Below are positions 38,799 to 52,314 of a DNA stretch of 64,000 nucleotides, in pieces. The position numbers and the translations under genes were made by a program. This DNA comes from Blasia pusilla. Its lineage: Eukaryota. Each line of letters begins with the position of its first letter. Position 1 is the stretch's first letter. Location: contig CM114271.1 in the NCBI GenBank assembly GCA_050084515.1, positions 43,710,001 to 43,774,000 of the forward strand, in the 5' to 3' direction. Below the pieces are notes generated by a model. The model was not told the DNA's origin. It was given only the letters and a program-made list of their open reading frames with translations, and did not search any database.

Positions 38799-41401
38799 TC
38801 AAAAACTACTCAGCTTAGATTGCACTGATTTTGTTAGAAAGGTTTGGGTTTTACTGACCACCTCCTGAAGCACTGCCCGATGAGAACTAAGGTTTCCACC
38901 ATATTTTGTGACTAGACTGAGCAGAAGATTCCCAAATTTCAGTGAAGATGTAAACTCAGTGACAGCTCCTTCAAGAGCAAGTACTAAACCTGCAATAGTT
39001 TGCTGATCTAAGTTCAATTTCTTATTTACAAGGTTCTGCACCACCCCGACCATGCCTTCAGTCCATATCCAAGCCACCCGCAAACTGGGATCATAGCTCC
39101 TCTCTCCCATCATAACAAACATCTTCTGGATTAGAGATAAGAGTATGTCTTCAGGTATGCAGTCCTTTACCAGCCGATTAATCACTTCACATTGGATATT
39201 GGAAGCTCCTTCTTTCGAGGAGATCAACGGGAGTATAACCGAATCCATGGTTGCTCTAGGATGAGTCTTTCCCGCTAGAATCAAAGCGGTGATCAATACA
39301 CGAGAGGCAGGTCTTTCCAGAGCAATTAGCTTGGGGAGGATGATAGCTCGGAGGATTTGTGTTGACCAAGAATATCCGTCTTGCTCAGCCAAAAGATTAC
39401 CAACAAGTAAAAGCGTCACATCATCATCAACCTCCCATGCTCGTACAACAGAAAGGAAAGTAGTGAGATTTGAAGTAGTGCGAATGAGGTTGACTGCATC
39501 TGGAAGACTAGGTTCTTCACGGGAAACCAAGGCTCGCCTCAAAGATAGTGCCTGCAAGAAGATCTCTTCCCCAAGCTCTAATTTTGCAGTTCTTTCATCA
39601 TCCGTGTCTGAATTGTCCTGCTCTTTGCTCATCTCAGCTCTAGTTTCCAAGCAGTCCAAGTTCTCTTCCCCAATTTTTATCTTGTCTGACTTCTGAATCC
39701 CAATCTCTTTTGTTGTTGGTTCTTCTCTCAAACTCCTGCACAGAACAGCCTCTCTCTTATCGAACTCACAACCGTCTACTAAGGACACCTCCACATTCGA
39801 GAATGCACCTGATTTCCCTGGATAAGCTTCCAACTTAACAATTCTATCTGAAGACTGCAGTGGCTCCGACTTTTCCACATCAAGGCTGGTGCCTTGAACT
39901 TGCTCCGCTGCTTGAGTAGAAGGTGAATGCTTCAGAGGTAGCCAACCAAACAGAGAACTAGGCTGTTCTCTATAATCGTCAAGCCAGTCCGGAAGGTCAT
40001 TGTACTCTAATGTACTGGCACCTCCTGCTCCGAAGATCTCCTTATCTGAAGAATTGATGGAGTGCAAATCACAGCTGGGAGGTGAAGTGCGAGAGCCAGC
40101 CACTGGGAAAATATTGCGCCAAAAACAATGAGAACATATAACACAAATCCATCTATTCAACCATGGGGACATTTACCCCATTGAGGGTTTCAGTGCAGCG
40201 ACAACAAATTCTGTAGTACATACCTTGCGAGGATGATGACAAAGGACTTCCGATTTTGCTCAAAGCTGTCTTTAGAAGGGTTGTTGCCGCTTGAAAGACC
40301 CAAAATTCAGGTTCAGTGGGAGAGTCCAGGATCCAGCGAGCCAGAGCTTCCAGATCCCTGACCCGGAAACGCAGATGCTCCACATTTAGGAAAGTCAGCA
40401 CATCTGCTTGTACTGCACTAGGGAGTGTCTGCATCCAAATACCGCTGTCACCAGATGGTAACCGACATTTTTGTCAAGTACCTCTGAATACTAGCAACGA
40501 TATCGATCTATAACTCCCCTATGACAACACTTTCAGAAATCTGATCGAACCAGGATCACACCGCCCACCACAGGATCTCAATCCTGAAAATTTTCAAAGT
40601 CTGAAAGAACTTCGTCAAGTCGTTTGCCCCATCGGCTGAAAGATTCGATGAAAACCTAAAGTGAACCTTCATGCTCAGTAGTACTAAACTTGACAGCAAT
40701 AGAAATCCAAAGGAGGACGCACAAATCGCAGGCATTCCTGTCATTACTGCTAACTCCTCTTCGCCTTATGCTGGCAGTCCACAACAACTAAAGATCCCTC
40801 AAAAAAGAGTTACTCCTCCTAAACAACATACTTACTATAAAAAGTTGAAAAACAACGAAGAATCTGTTCATGTGCTTCAGAAAACAAGGGATGTGACCTT
40901 AAATCCGCTAGTCTAGTCACGAAAGTGCGGGATAATTGAAACGAGACGAGAGTCAACATCTGTCGATAGGGTGAGATCATAAGAGGGTTGACGCCAGGCA
41001 GAGATACAATGGATTAACGATATTTATTTACTTCTCGGTGACCGCAGACAACAAGAACAACATTTAGAGTTATCTTACCTGCCCATTGTCCCTTTCCTTT
41101 GAGTCTCCTCCTCCTCTTCCACATAAACAATCTCTGATCCGAGGAGATCTGGCACAAGACGCCACAATTCGCACACTCTCCTTCTCTTTCCTCCCATTTC
41201 GTGCTTCCCGTACGCGTCAAAAGCCGTCCCATATCTGTGACTCTCCACCCACTGGACGGCGGCCCCAACAGGTGAATCAGCGCTTCTGAGAATCTCCAAC
41301 AGCTGCTCCCACTCTTCCCTCCGATCCGTGGCAACTTCAGACACTCCGGCTCTCTGCGGAGCACACGACGCTTCTTGGACACGCTCATCGGCTCCGCGCA
41401 T
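38799..41401 (-). CDS. FANCE: Fanconi anemia group E protein homologue; predicted exons 41401-41079, 40444-40224, 40102-38799
   Basis: Exons join in frame at GT-AG sites (GTMG-S|GIWMQTLPSAVQADVLTFL...SSQ-V|AGSRT). The C-terminus has the FANCE helical-domain signature: IILPKLIALERPASRVL, IQCEVINRLVKDC, WTE..V.VVQNL, SSLKFGNLLLSLVTKYG, TFLTKSVQSKL. Exon 1 is less certain. Confidence 0.8.
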
Positions 41402-44400
41402 TGACAATCTCCAGCGAAGGCATTGCGCTCATGCCCAAACCCTGTCAACCATCATCTGTCCTCCTCTCCGCACCTCCACCCATCAAGTGCAGACCCATGC
41501 TGCACTCCTCGCTTTCTCCGCCGCGAATTTTTCGCTGCGACTTTCACAGATGTTCATTCAAACTCTCACCCCAAAACCCCTCCAAGCCCTACTACTTACA
41601 GTTCCAAAGGGGACCGACCGAATTTGTAAGGAGACACACTCAAGAGTCCTCAATTACTTTGGAGACACAAACCCTCGTATTTATGAGCAGAAACGGGAAG
41701 GAAAAAGGACTTCAAAGCCTCCGGGTACCAAACCTGGAAGTTGAGGGAGCTATCTCTTTCTAAGCCAACAAAAGCCCCGCTGGGCCAATTTAGGGTGCCC
41801 AAGAATCTTCAGAGACGGGGATCTTTGACATTCCTTAATAGAGCGACTCAACTTGGCCCTAAACAAGTGGGAGGCACCATGGACCTACGTAGGGTCCGGG
41901 GGAGTTTTTCCGCGGGAACCAATACATTGCCAATAATTGACAACATGGAAAAACTAGTTTTCCAACTGGTTTTCAGATATTTTATACAAATGAAACCTCC
42001 TATTTCCTGCCAACTAGTTTCAAATGAAATAGAAATTCTTGATTTCAATCGGCTACGATTATGCGTCATACTAGATCTCTCGATCTCCCGGATCATTGGG
42101 CCTATAAGAGTCACACAGCGAAATTTCACTAAGTAAATTAGCTTAGGAAAATAAAATTTCATGTTTAAGCCTCTTAATGATTCTTCATTGGTGCAGATTC
42201 CACTCTAGGAAAAGAGATAATAAATAAGATATAGAAAATATAAAATAAAGTAGTGGGTTGGTGTATTAATGAAAATAAAATTAAAGTGATCTTGGTTGAT
42301 GAAGAAGTCAAGGCTAGGGTACTTATGATAGTTGGGAGGATATGAAATGGGTCTATGACAATATTTGAAGAGGAGATAAAAAATAATCTACTCGTGTCAA
42401 AATGGGATTGGCTAAGCTTTGAGAAGAAGCCATATAGCACAAGATAAGATTAGTCTTATTTTGTACTATTGTGGATCCATTGTGAGTATATAAAAAAGAG
42501 GAATCTTCAAGGGTTGACCACCTTAAACTTCATTCTCGAATTTCTCTTGTCACTCTTGAGTGACACTTCTTATTGTCACGTACACAAGGATTTGGGATTG
42601 TACTTTGTATATGCTTATTTAGTGATCTATTTATCTAAATAGGCTTGCTCGAGTAGGGTTCAATACTAGTTGTGTCATTTTTCTTGTATACAAACGTAAA
42701 ACACTTTACACAGATTTCGTAGTTATGAATTTTGGGGTTAAATGTTACTCGGCACTTCCATTCATGATTCAGTGATTCCTATCGTAAGATAATGGAGAGT
42801 GTACGTAGTGATTTTATACTAAATAGGAAAACTTATGAGAGGATTCAATCTTGCATCAAGGATTGCCATAGCTAGAAGGTTCGTCCTTACTCGAAAAAAA
42901 CTCTCGACACAACATCGCGCGAGCTTGGATTGTGAGAACAGATGCATGCTCAAATTGAGGAAGGTGGGTATGGAATGTGTTTGCTATAAGCCCGAGTATG
43001 GCCCGTATCGAAATCGTAAGGCCCGTAGGGTCCGCGGCCAGGCCATATGCAGGTCGTCCCCGCGCTTAGGATGAGCCGATGTGGGTTAGGTAGGCTGACT
43101 AAGGGCCATGCGCAAGCTTCATATGGGTCTCTATGAGCAAGAAGCATGCTCAATGTGGCTACAAAACAAATGGCAAGAACATACGATGTGTTGTTAGAGC
43201 GATTGCAGGTTGGTTGAGCCTAGATCTACGTTAGGGCGCCGCAAACTCGATGTGGGCCACAAGAACCCAGGTTAGCACGGACATGTTCGTCCTAGGGACA
43301 GACATAAGTTTTCGAACATGGCCATATCCTTATCACTTCTTGACCAAAGATAACGCCAATTTCCAAAGTGATTAAGATCAACACTTCTTGATTTTGATCC
43401 CTTAGAGAGGCAGATCAAGAAGTACTGATCTTGATTACTCTTTCCACTTGTTTATAGTGATTGAGAAAAATTCTTTATAAAATTGATGAACGCAAGGATC
43501 ATTCCAAATGCTATAGTGATTGTGACCAATACTTCAAGATTCTAGTCACTCTTAGATCAAGGCCAAAGGTTAGTTTTAGAGTAATCCATATCAACAATTC
43601 ACTATTGATCTTGTGCACTTTAACCATCTTCAAGATGCCTAAGCCTATTAGGATGCATACAAGTTTAGTTATAATCCGTGTCCGAATGAAGAAAATATGA
43701 CTGAAGCTTGTGATGAGAGTGATAAGGATATGATGTTTGGATGACACCAGTCTACCTATTTAAGCGTTTTGATCATGGAGAGCCATATAGCATTCAATTT
43801 AGCATAAAAGTCAGATGGAGAATGCTTAGATCAAGAGACCAATGAAGAGGCAATAAGTAGTCAATATATGTATGAGAATGGGGTAGTCTTGGAGTAATTG
43901 TGTAGTGGCAACATAGCAAGTACAATGGGTATCAAAGAGCAAGATTGGAACCTACAACAAGCTAGATGATTCAAGTGGGAGTGAACACATATGTTATGAG
44001 TCTAGGAGGATTGTGGAGAATAAGTGGTACCTCATTTAGAATCATAATGTTGACAATAAATGCCAATGGAAATCATATAGCATATCCCTTATGGATTGCA
44101 AAGGTGGAGAAAGTAACTATAATGTATCAAGATATTCCAAAATAGATTGCAAAAGTTTGGAAAATATTTTTCAAAATTAAAACAAGAGGTAGAAATGTAA
44201 ATAGACATAAGATTTTTCCCTTATATTTAGGTTGAAGGAAAATAACCACCTTAAAGAAATCATTTTCGTTGTCATAGAAGCGATCTTTGAAATGCGGAAT
44301 ATGAAGAATGGACTTACTTTAAATTTACTAAAATAAGTTGGTGGTGGTTATTGTAATTGATAGGGTACATTGATAGATACCTTAAGACTAAATGTTAATT

Positions 44401-47100
44401 TTTGAATCTAATATTTATTTCGAGTTGCCTTACAATTCATATTGATTTCCACACTTCTATTTTTAAGAGGAAACTATCATACCAACTAACATGATTTTAT
44501 ATTTCCAATCACTTTCTTTTTCAACTTCTTTTGAATTATCAAAAGATAATTTGGTGTTAAACCAAAAATAGTTATATAAATGATATAATATTTAGAGTGA
44601 AGTCAAAAACTTCAACAATTTTCAAATTGAAAAGAAATTTTGACTAAGTGTTAAATATTAATCAAAGACTTAATTTCAACATTCAATTTGTATGCTTCTT
44701 CTCACTTTGAATTTCTTTTTAGTACCAAATTTATTTCAACCAAACAAACAAATTTCTAACTACTTCGAATGAAGATACATATATGGTAATATATAAATCC
44801 TTAATGTCATTTAATGACTAAGTTTGATGTTGCATTATTCCAATCACATTTATTTTGAAATTTCTTACTATTGGTTTTTTTAACCAAAATTGAAGCAATA
44901 AACAATATGTTTGATTCAACTTGGAGCAAAGAGATGCCATACTCTAAAAATGATATGGAAGTAGCATAATGCATGTCATTCAAATACTTAAGATACTATA
45001 TGATTTTGATTACTTTCAAATTTTCTTTATAGGTTCAAAAAAACAATCATAATGTTCCAAACAAACCTACAATCAATAATCCAAAATAACAACTTACATC
45101 CATGGAGCATTTAATGTTCCTTCGTAAAAATAAAAATTTATAATTTATTTCAGAATTGATATTTAACTTAACGAGTTTTTGAAATTTATAAAATTGCAAT
45201 CCATTCCATAAGACATTTAATTATTATTATTTATTATAGAAGGTTTCAAACCAAGAGGATAAAATGACCTTTCGCCTTGGATAAAGATTCATATGATTTT
45301 AAATCTAAGCTATTGTTTGTAATTTATGGATGTTGATAGTGATGCATGTTGTACAACAATGTGTTTGTAGAGAACAATTTACGACAGTTTGGCTCGCTCA
45401 TGATAGAATCTCACATTGCAACATATGTTGAAAGGCTTCATGTATGATAATTTCCATAAGCTTAGGTTGTAATTTTTTTTGGCATCTTCACACAACTGCT
45501 ATTTTTCTCCCCTCTTCATCTAGCCTATCCACATGTATTCCACTCACAATCTCTTCCCACAAAAATTTATTCGTCTTTGAAAGGGGCCGCATGATGGTTC
45601 ATTTTTCCTTTCCAAAATTTCATATCTTGTCAATATGACCAGATTTTCCCATTGCCATTTGTTTCCTCTATTGCTACCTCTCTCCATCCAACTTGACCCT
45701 AGTCCATTGCACAAGCACGTGAACAATAATAGTAGAGATTAAAATCCCATCTTTTCTATGAAAAGCTCCAAGAAAATGTATCATTACACGCAAGGTTAAA
45801 TATTTTCATGATAAAAATGCATAAATTGACTACAATTTTTTTTAAATCCCTTAAAATAACTTACTACTAGTTTATTTATATCATAGCCTCATGAATTTCA
45901 TGCAAGATTGAAGGATTTTTTTTTAAGTTTATAATTATTGGTATGTTCATAATTACCCAGACTTTTCATGATAGGAAGCTAGCCATGATTGGTAAATTTT
46001 TGTTAGGGCCATAAATTTTTTTGTTATTTTGTACAATCATTTCAAATCCAAAATTTGACACATGCCTCCATTTTTTTGTGGTGTTTTAAAATTCCAAACT
46101 ACCATTTTTTGGCAACTTTTACCAATACTAGTAAATTTTGGATAAATTTTACTAGTGGCAGTCAGTTTCCAACAAATGTTTGATAGGGTTTTTTTCCCCC
46201 TTTGATAGTTCCTTTAATTTTTTGTGCACATTTCCTTCTTTTTCCATGCATACTTCTAATGGCTCGTGGGCAAAGTGAAAGAGGAGCGTCTCTTTAGCTC
46301 ACACTCTCCTCCCTACATAATGCAAGAAAGCATATCATTCTTGCCTACTCCCTCCTGCATCTTATTGCATCCTTGGCAGGAGTTGAACCTAGCCATCTCT
46401 ACCAACCAAGGTTGCACGTGGACATATGTCGGTCCCGAGGTTAGACATGTCCGTGCATGCCCAAGTGCGGGCTCCATGAGCCTGCGTTGCCTGCGGCCCG
46501 TGCACACCGAGCATTCCACCCTTGCTCGGAAAGTGTGCACCATGCCCAACGCCCATTTTTGGTCGAGCCCACGTCGCGCGCTCTGACTCGTCGCCGCGAC
46601 GCCCCCCTTGAGAGCTAAGGGCTTTCAAGGGTTCTAGGAATTTTGGAGAAATCCGTTGCGGGCCTTCTGGGGGTTGTTGGATTTTGTTTGTGACACACTT
46701 GGATATTTGGGATCCTTGTTGTGTCCTAAATAAACCCCACTTGATTCTACATTAGGTGAGAGGTTGTGAATGTGGAAATCTCTTGTGTTACTTAATTTGT
46801 TTGGTTATTTGGAGATTTCCGAGTCACCAACTTGAGTTATAAATTTGTTTCATTGATTCCCTGAGCACATTTGGGTTGTGGAGGTGGTCAATGAAACTTA
46901 TCTAAATATGCACATATTCCTTTTGAGTGACCTACCTAAGCCAAAACCCTATTCCTCCATTCATTCGGGTGAGCATTACTCAAGCCATTGTCTTAGTATC
47001 TCATATCATCTTGTTTTCGGTACTTCCTTATCTCAACTCATACTACTTTTTTGTTGGTTTTTTTCTAAGGAGATTTTCGTATCCTCTTCATCCGAGCAAA

Positions 47101-48015
47101 ATGTTTAGTGGGGCCAAATTTTCAAGAGCGGGAGATAACCGAAATGAGACCAATGATAGACTTGATAGTGCCAAGAGGCCAAGAGTGAATTCTAGGAACG
47201 AATTCAACATGGCTATTAGAGAGGCCTGGTTAGATTGGTTTTTCCAACTTACGTTAGAGAACAGACGATCCTACATTTCGAGGGGTATAGATGGTTTCCA
47301 TGATTACACCTTGGAATTGCAAAGACTGGCTAGGAGATTTGCAGAAACATTTCATTGGGAAGTGGATGTCAAAGAGGCCGATATGTTAACTTAATTTTGT
47401 GGCCAACAAGGTGTTCACCTTGAGAGAGTGTATATTGATCTCAGGGTATTCAAGAATGAGTAGCTGAATGTTGCAGAGACCACTCCCATTGAAAGGTTTA
47501 GTTTTGGGTTAAGGAATGCTCGACGTCTTTTCAAGGGATGTAGTACTACCGTGGGCCAAACATTGATAGTTCCATGTGGTATTCCTTGGATTTTTTACAA
47601 GAACTTGGTAGTAGGAAATTATCCAAAGGATATTGTGGGATCAAGTTTACACGGAACAGTGTGCCGATGTAAAATAAACCAAACCCTTGCCTTTAGTGAA
47701 GATATTTACTTTTGCCTTAAGGTGTTTAAGGAATCATGTCGATTATATTCAAGAAAATTGATGATGCGCGAGGAAATATTTGCGACTATTTTACATCAAG
47801 GTTTTATTCGCATGGTGGGAAGGTTGATCGAGGATCCGCCACGTTGTATCTATCCATATTACAACGGTGGGCACTTTGAAAATTGGTTGCGAGTATGCCA
47901 TACCATGAAGAATGGCGGGGCTAATTTAGGAGAGTTGGAAAGGACCAGATGTCTTGCAATGGCATCTAATGTTGTCCAGCTAGTGGTTTCGCTTCTTGAT
48001 AACTTGTTTCTTTAA
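47101..48015 (+). pseudogene. Degenerate, truncated protein-kinase-like ORF (N-lobe only) in TE-rich DNA
   Basis: VGSSLHGTV (glycine loop), FCLKVF (beta3 Lys), REE (alphaC), LHQGFIRMVG and IYPYYNGG..ENWL (hinge); in-frame stops upstream; ends before HRD/DFG. Confidence 0.5.
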
Positions 48016-48189
48016 AAAATGTAGATGCATTCAAATCTCAACTTTCCATAACTTAATTCATGGTAATAGAAGCTATCTCACAACCAAAAATGGTACCGAT
48101 AGTACTAAGATCTATAAACTTGAATCATAAGATCTTACTCAATTTAGCAAGGTTGGAAAGAATATCAACATGAATAAAATATCAAAATA

Positions 48190-49120
48190 ATAGCATTTGG
48201 TTATGATGGTGCCTCTACAATTGTAGGCTCCCTACGATTATAGAGGCACCATCATAACCAGATGCTATTACTTTGGAATGTTCTAGTCCTTGATCTTTGA
48301 TTGAACTCTAACAAAATGTTAATGATATTATTAGAGCATCTAGATTCACAAAAAAGCAACCCTATGAAACAACACTACTCGAGTTGACCCTCCTCAATGA
48401 ATATTGCAAACACAACTAAATGTTGTGTCATAGAGATATCAATAGATTAGTAAGCCATAATACCAAAGAAAAGAGAGGCCTCAACTCTAGCTAGAGTCCT
48501 CTTCACTAAGACTTGGCTTATGAAGAAACACATCTCACTACAACTTTTCTCGTCTTAATACATATCCATTGTGATAGGTGCATTCACAACAAGCAAAAAC
48601 TTACAAAGACCCTTCAATTTTGAAAAGGGCATAGCCTCCTTTGCAAGAAAGTATGCACACCTAAATAAAGTCAGCAAAGCGACCTCGTTAGTTCGGTTGG
48701 ATGTAGGTATATGTGGCCTTAGCCATAGATTTCTTACCTCCATTGGCTGCCCAAGCATGTTTTACATGCTCATTTGACTTTGCATGATCTGTGAAGGCCA
48801 AAAACTTGTAGTTGATACCACCATCCCTAGCGAATACACTCTTGCCTTTACCTTTTCTAGAAACATAACAATGGATCCTCCCATTCTCTACATCAAAGCT
48901 TATCCAATTGTACATGGTATACCACACATGCTTTCATGCTAGACAATTCTTCTTGGGTTTGGATGCATTCTTGCCTAATATACTATGGTCTTCCCCCTCA
49001 TCAGATGATCTAGATAAAGCTATGATATCTGGTTGTTCCGTGGAAACCTCCTTGCATAACAATTCATCTATGATTATCGGGCGTTTGGTCATAACACATG
49101 CAAAATTGGATATTATAATC
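48190..49120 (-). mobile_element. hAT (ZNF862/DUF4371-type) transposase relic, N-terminal half
   Basis: Homologous to 53700-54574: WYTMYNWI..GRIHC..FARDGGINYK..DHAKSNEH, LFRCAYFLAKEAMPFSK, FFGIM, and a DGAS-type motif at ~48260-48240. Confidence 0.75.
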
Positions 49121-50235
49121 TACAAAGAGTACCCTTGTCAAATATAACCTAAATAACAAGTGCGCAACAAGAAGGCGGCGTGGGAATCGATTTAGGGTAG
49201 TGAGAGCAAAAGGCTATGTAGGCAATGACAATAACAAGGCTTCGATGAATAACAAAAGCAAAGCTACAGACAATGACAACAAGCTGACAATATCAAGGGT
49301 ATGGGCGTGGGCAATGTCAAGAACCATGCAATGAATGATAATGCTCAAGGAGAAATCATCACTATAGACTCGAGAAGGCAATCACATAGCATAAAAAGAA
49401 ATTGGGAGGCAAGATTGTAGCACGGAAAGGGCGGGAAGCAACAAGAGTTGTAAAGGCACCACAAATACGCTAGCCAAGAGGCAGGGCACAAGCCTAGAGA
49501 GTAGTGCAACTGCACAAGATGAGAGTAGAGAGGACACAACCACGAGATGAGAGTTGAGATGACACAACCACGGGATGAGAGTTGAGAGTTCAACAAGTCA
49601 AGAGCTTGGGACTTGGGACTTGGGCTTGGGAGGGCCTTGAAGCTTTGTGAGGAGGACACGAAAGTGAAGAGGGCACAATTGCAAGACAATAGCTAATGGT
49701 CGGTTGAGATTGATAGTTGGGAGACAATAAGTTGGGAGCCTAGGTCTGGGCGCTTCGTCTTGATCTGATTGTGCGTGATGGATAAAGATATTGTTCTTTG
49801 CACAAGCTCATGATTCTTCGCTCATTAATTTGCTGAACAACATTCAAACCAGAGGTACCACACACAAAGCTCTCTAATTGTTACGGTCAATTTTGCTGGA
49901 GAATCTGGCCGCAATGTTGGGATCGAATTATGAGCAATCGGCAACAATTGCACCTTTTTTGAGGAGGAGACATTAGTTAGGAGGGAACATTGCATAGCCA
50001 CGCGGAGGAGACAAACATAGGGACGATACGTTGCATAGCTATGAGATGAGAGGATAGTCTAGGCTCGAAAGTAGCGAGACTCGAGTAGAGAGTAGAAGCC
50101 TAGTCTTGGAGGGCAACGCAATGCGGCAACTTTCGTAGGGAGGGGAGGAGGAGAATGAGGTGGAGAGGCCAACAAGGAGCAAACCTTTCCTAAATAGTCC
50201 ACGGGAATCAAGCCTTCAAGCCCTTGAAGGGAGGT

Positions 50236-50648
50236 GGTAAGGGCTTCCGATGGGGTCTCCACCCCACCATAGAACCCCCTCCGAAACGCCTTTGGAGATC
50301 CTGCCTCTAGATGGAAGATCAGACGACAAGAATTGTTAACCTAGTTTGGCGGGTGGGGCATGCGCCGCCTCACTCCTAATCTATGATCAAAATAAAGCCA
50401 CTCACTGTGGAAAATATTTGACCATCTAGGGTCTAGGAGGAGGAGAATGATAAGGTGAAGGCCTTGGATGGGATCTCCACCCCACCATAGGACCCCGTCC
50501 AAAACGCCCTTGGAGACCCTACCATCGGATGGAAGATCGGACAAGAATTGTTAACCTAGTTTGGTGGGTGGGGCATGACACGCCTCACCTTAATCTATGA
50601 TTGAGATTAAATTAAACCATTTATTATGGAAAATATCTCACCATCTAA
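50236..50648. repeat. Tandem duplication of a ~195-bp unit (~50236-50428, ~50455-50648), probably TE subterminal DNA
   Basis: Both units share TCTCCACCCCACCATAG, GATGGAAGATC, ACAAGAATTGTTAACCTAGTTTGG and GGAAAATAT..ACCATCTA. Confidence 0.8.
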
Positions 50649-52314
50649 CACCCGGGGCCCCAATCATCGTCTTCACGATTTTTGGCAAAATGCAGAAATA
50701 ACCGCAATCTTGCATTTATTGCAAGATTGGGTAGGCTTCAAGGCAGAAGATCCAGACAGGTAATTTAAAAAATATTTCACAAATAAATAACAAACCCCAT
50801 GCATATCACTGTGGAATTCTTGTAGGCTAGTGGGGTGGTCGTGAGCTACGGGCACAATGGACCGGGTTCGAACTCGCTCGAGCGCTTCCTTTTGGCAGTC
50901 CCCTCTTACTTGCCTGCCCGCATTCAAGCTGGCCGATATGGCAATAAATGCAAGACCGTGACTATTTATGGGCTTCCATTTTCAGCAGTTGAAAAATAAT
51001 CAGACCAAATCCCAAAAACCTAGGGGCAATTACTTATCGAAAAGTGCCCCTTAACAATCCACTTTATGTTCCAAACCCGGCGGGAAGTGGTGGACTTCTA
51101 TTACTACCAACTCGTCTATTTTCGGTATCCCTCCTATTTGTGTCGGGAACCCTACCAAAAACATTTTTTTATAGCCCCTAAAATACTCAACTCCAAGTAC
51201 AGAGCTTGTAGAATGCAAGTTATCATGCAAGTTCTCAAACCTATGATGTGATTTTTTAACGATCGGATGCATATGAACTTTCCCGATTACTACACCTTGT
51301 TAACATCCAGTATGCTAGTGTGAATTCTCTCATTAATTCGGAATATAATAGTATCCATCGTGTTAGTGTTAATTCTAGACTGTTATTCTCCTCGCGCTTA
51401 TTCAACCTTGAGTTTGTAAACCCGAGGTCAAGATCCTGACGTCTCAGATTCTATTTTGGGTAACAAATTAAAAAGTTTATTACTACCATATCTTTCACGT
51501 GGAGAACTCTAGTGGAACAGAAGGTGCGCTCGCTGCGAGGGTGCAGCCCAGATTTGAGCCCGCTCGGCGTGACTAGTTTTGCACGAGCCCTTTGCAATAG
51601 TCTAACCTCGGGTTAGCTAACCTGAAGGTGAATAGGCGCGAGGCCTTCTTTTGCATGTGCTACTTCGACTTTATTAGTCCGATTGTATTCATGTTCTCCG
51701 AACTTCAAACATACGGCATGTCGTGTTATTCTCGACCGTATTAGTTCCCGATTGTGTTTGTGTTTCAGAATTCCGATATAAAACCCTAAACCAATGCCGC
51801 ATATCAAGGTCCGGGGAGTTTTTTTACAAGAGGGGTAAAGTTTTTGGCAAATGGTTGAATATATCAATAACTTAAAAAGTTTAACCGGTTTCAAAAGGTA
51901 ACATTTGAAATCCCCGACCAATTTTTGGGTGTTTTTTTCATTTTTCCGTTATTTTCTGAAAAAAAATAATTTCCACAGTTCATTTCCGATCACTCGGAAT
52001 GTTGTTAGGCCAATATCTGGGATTTTCAAAACCAACCGGAAAAATTGTCCCGGCCCGTTTTGGACTTCAACCTCTTTTGAACTTCTTTCCTTGTAGACTT
52101 CAATTCTTTTGGAATCATGACTTCATCTTTAAGGTAAAGATTCATTTCAGATCATTTTTTCACTAAATCATCCTTGGCAGGAATTAAACCCGGCTAGGCC
52201 TTCCACCAGTTGGGAGCCAAGGATCTTTCCTCTCCATAATACATTGAAGCTTTTGAAGAAAAGCTTCAATGTATTAGAAAAGGGACCCCTAACCCTAAAC
52301 TTCCCCCCCTCATC

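Noticed and set aside
43367-43439. Imperfect ~26-bp-arm hairpin
   Set aside because: Isolated in degenerate AT-rich TE debris, with no TSD or second copy seen.
41890-51825. Similar motifs TAGGGTCCGGGGGAG (41890) and CAAGGTCCGGGGAG (51805) as hAT terminal inverted repeats
   Set aside because: Plausible termini, but no matching right-hand TIR with an 8-bp TSD was found.
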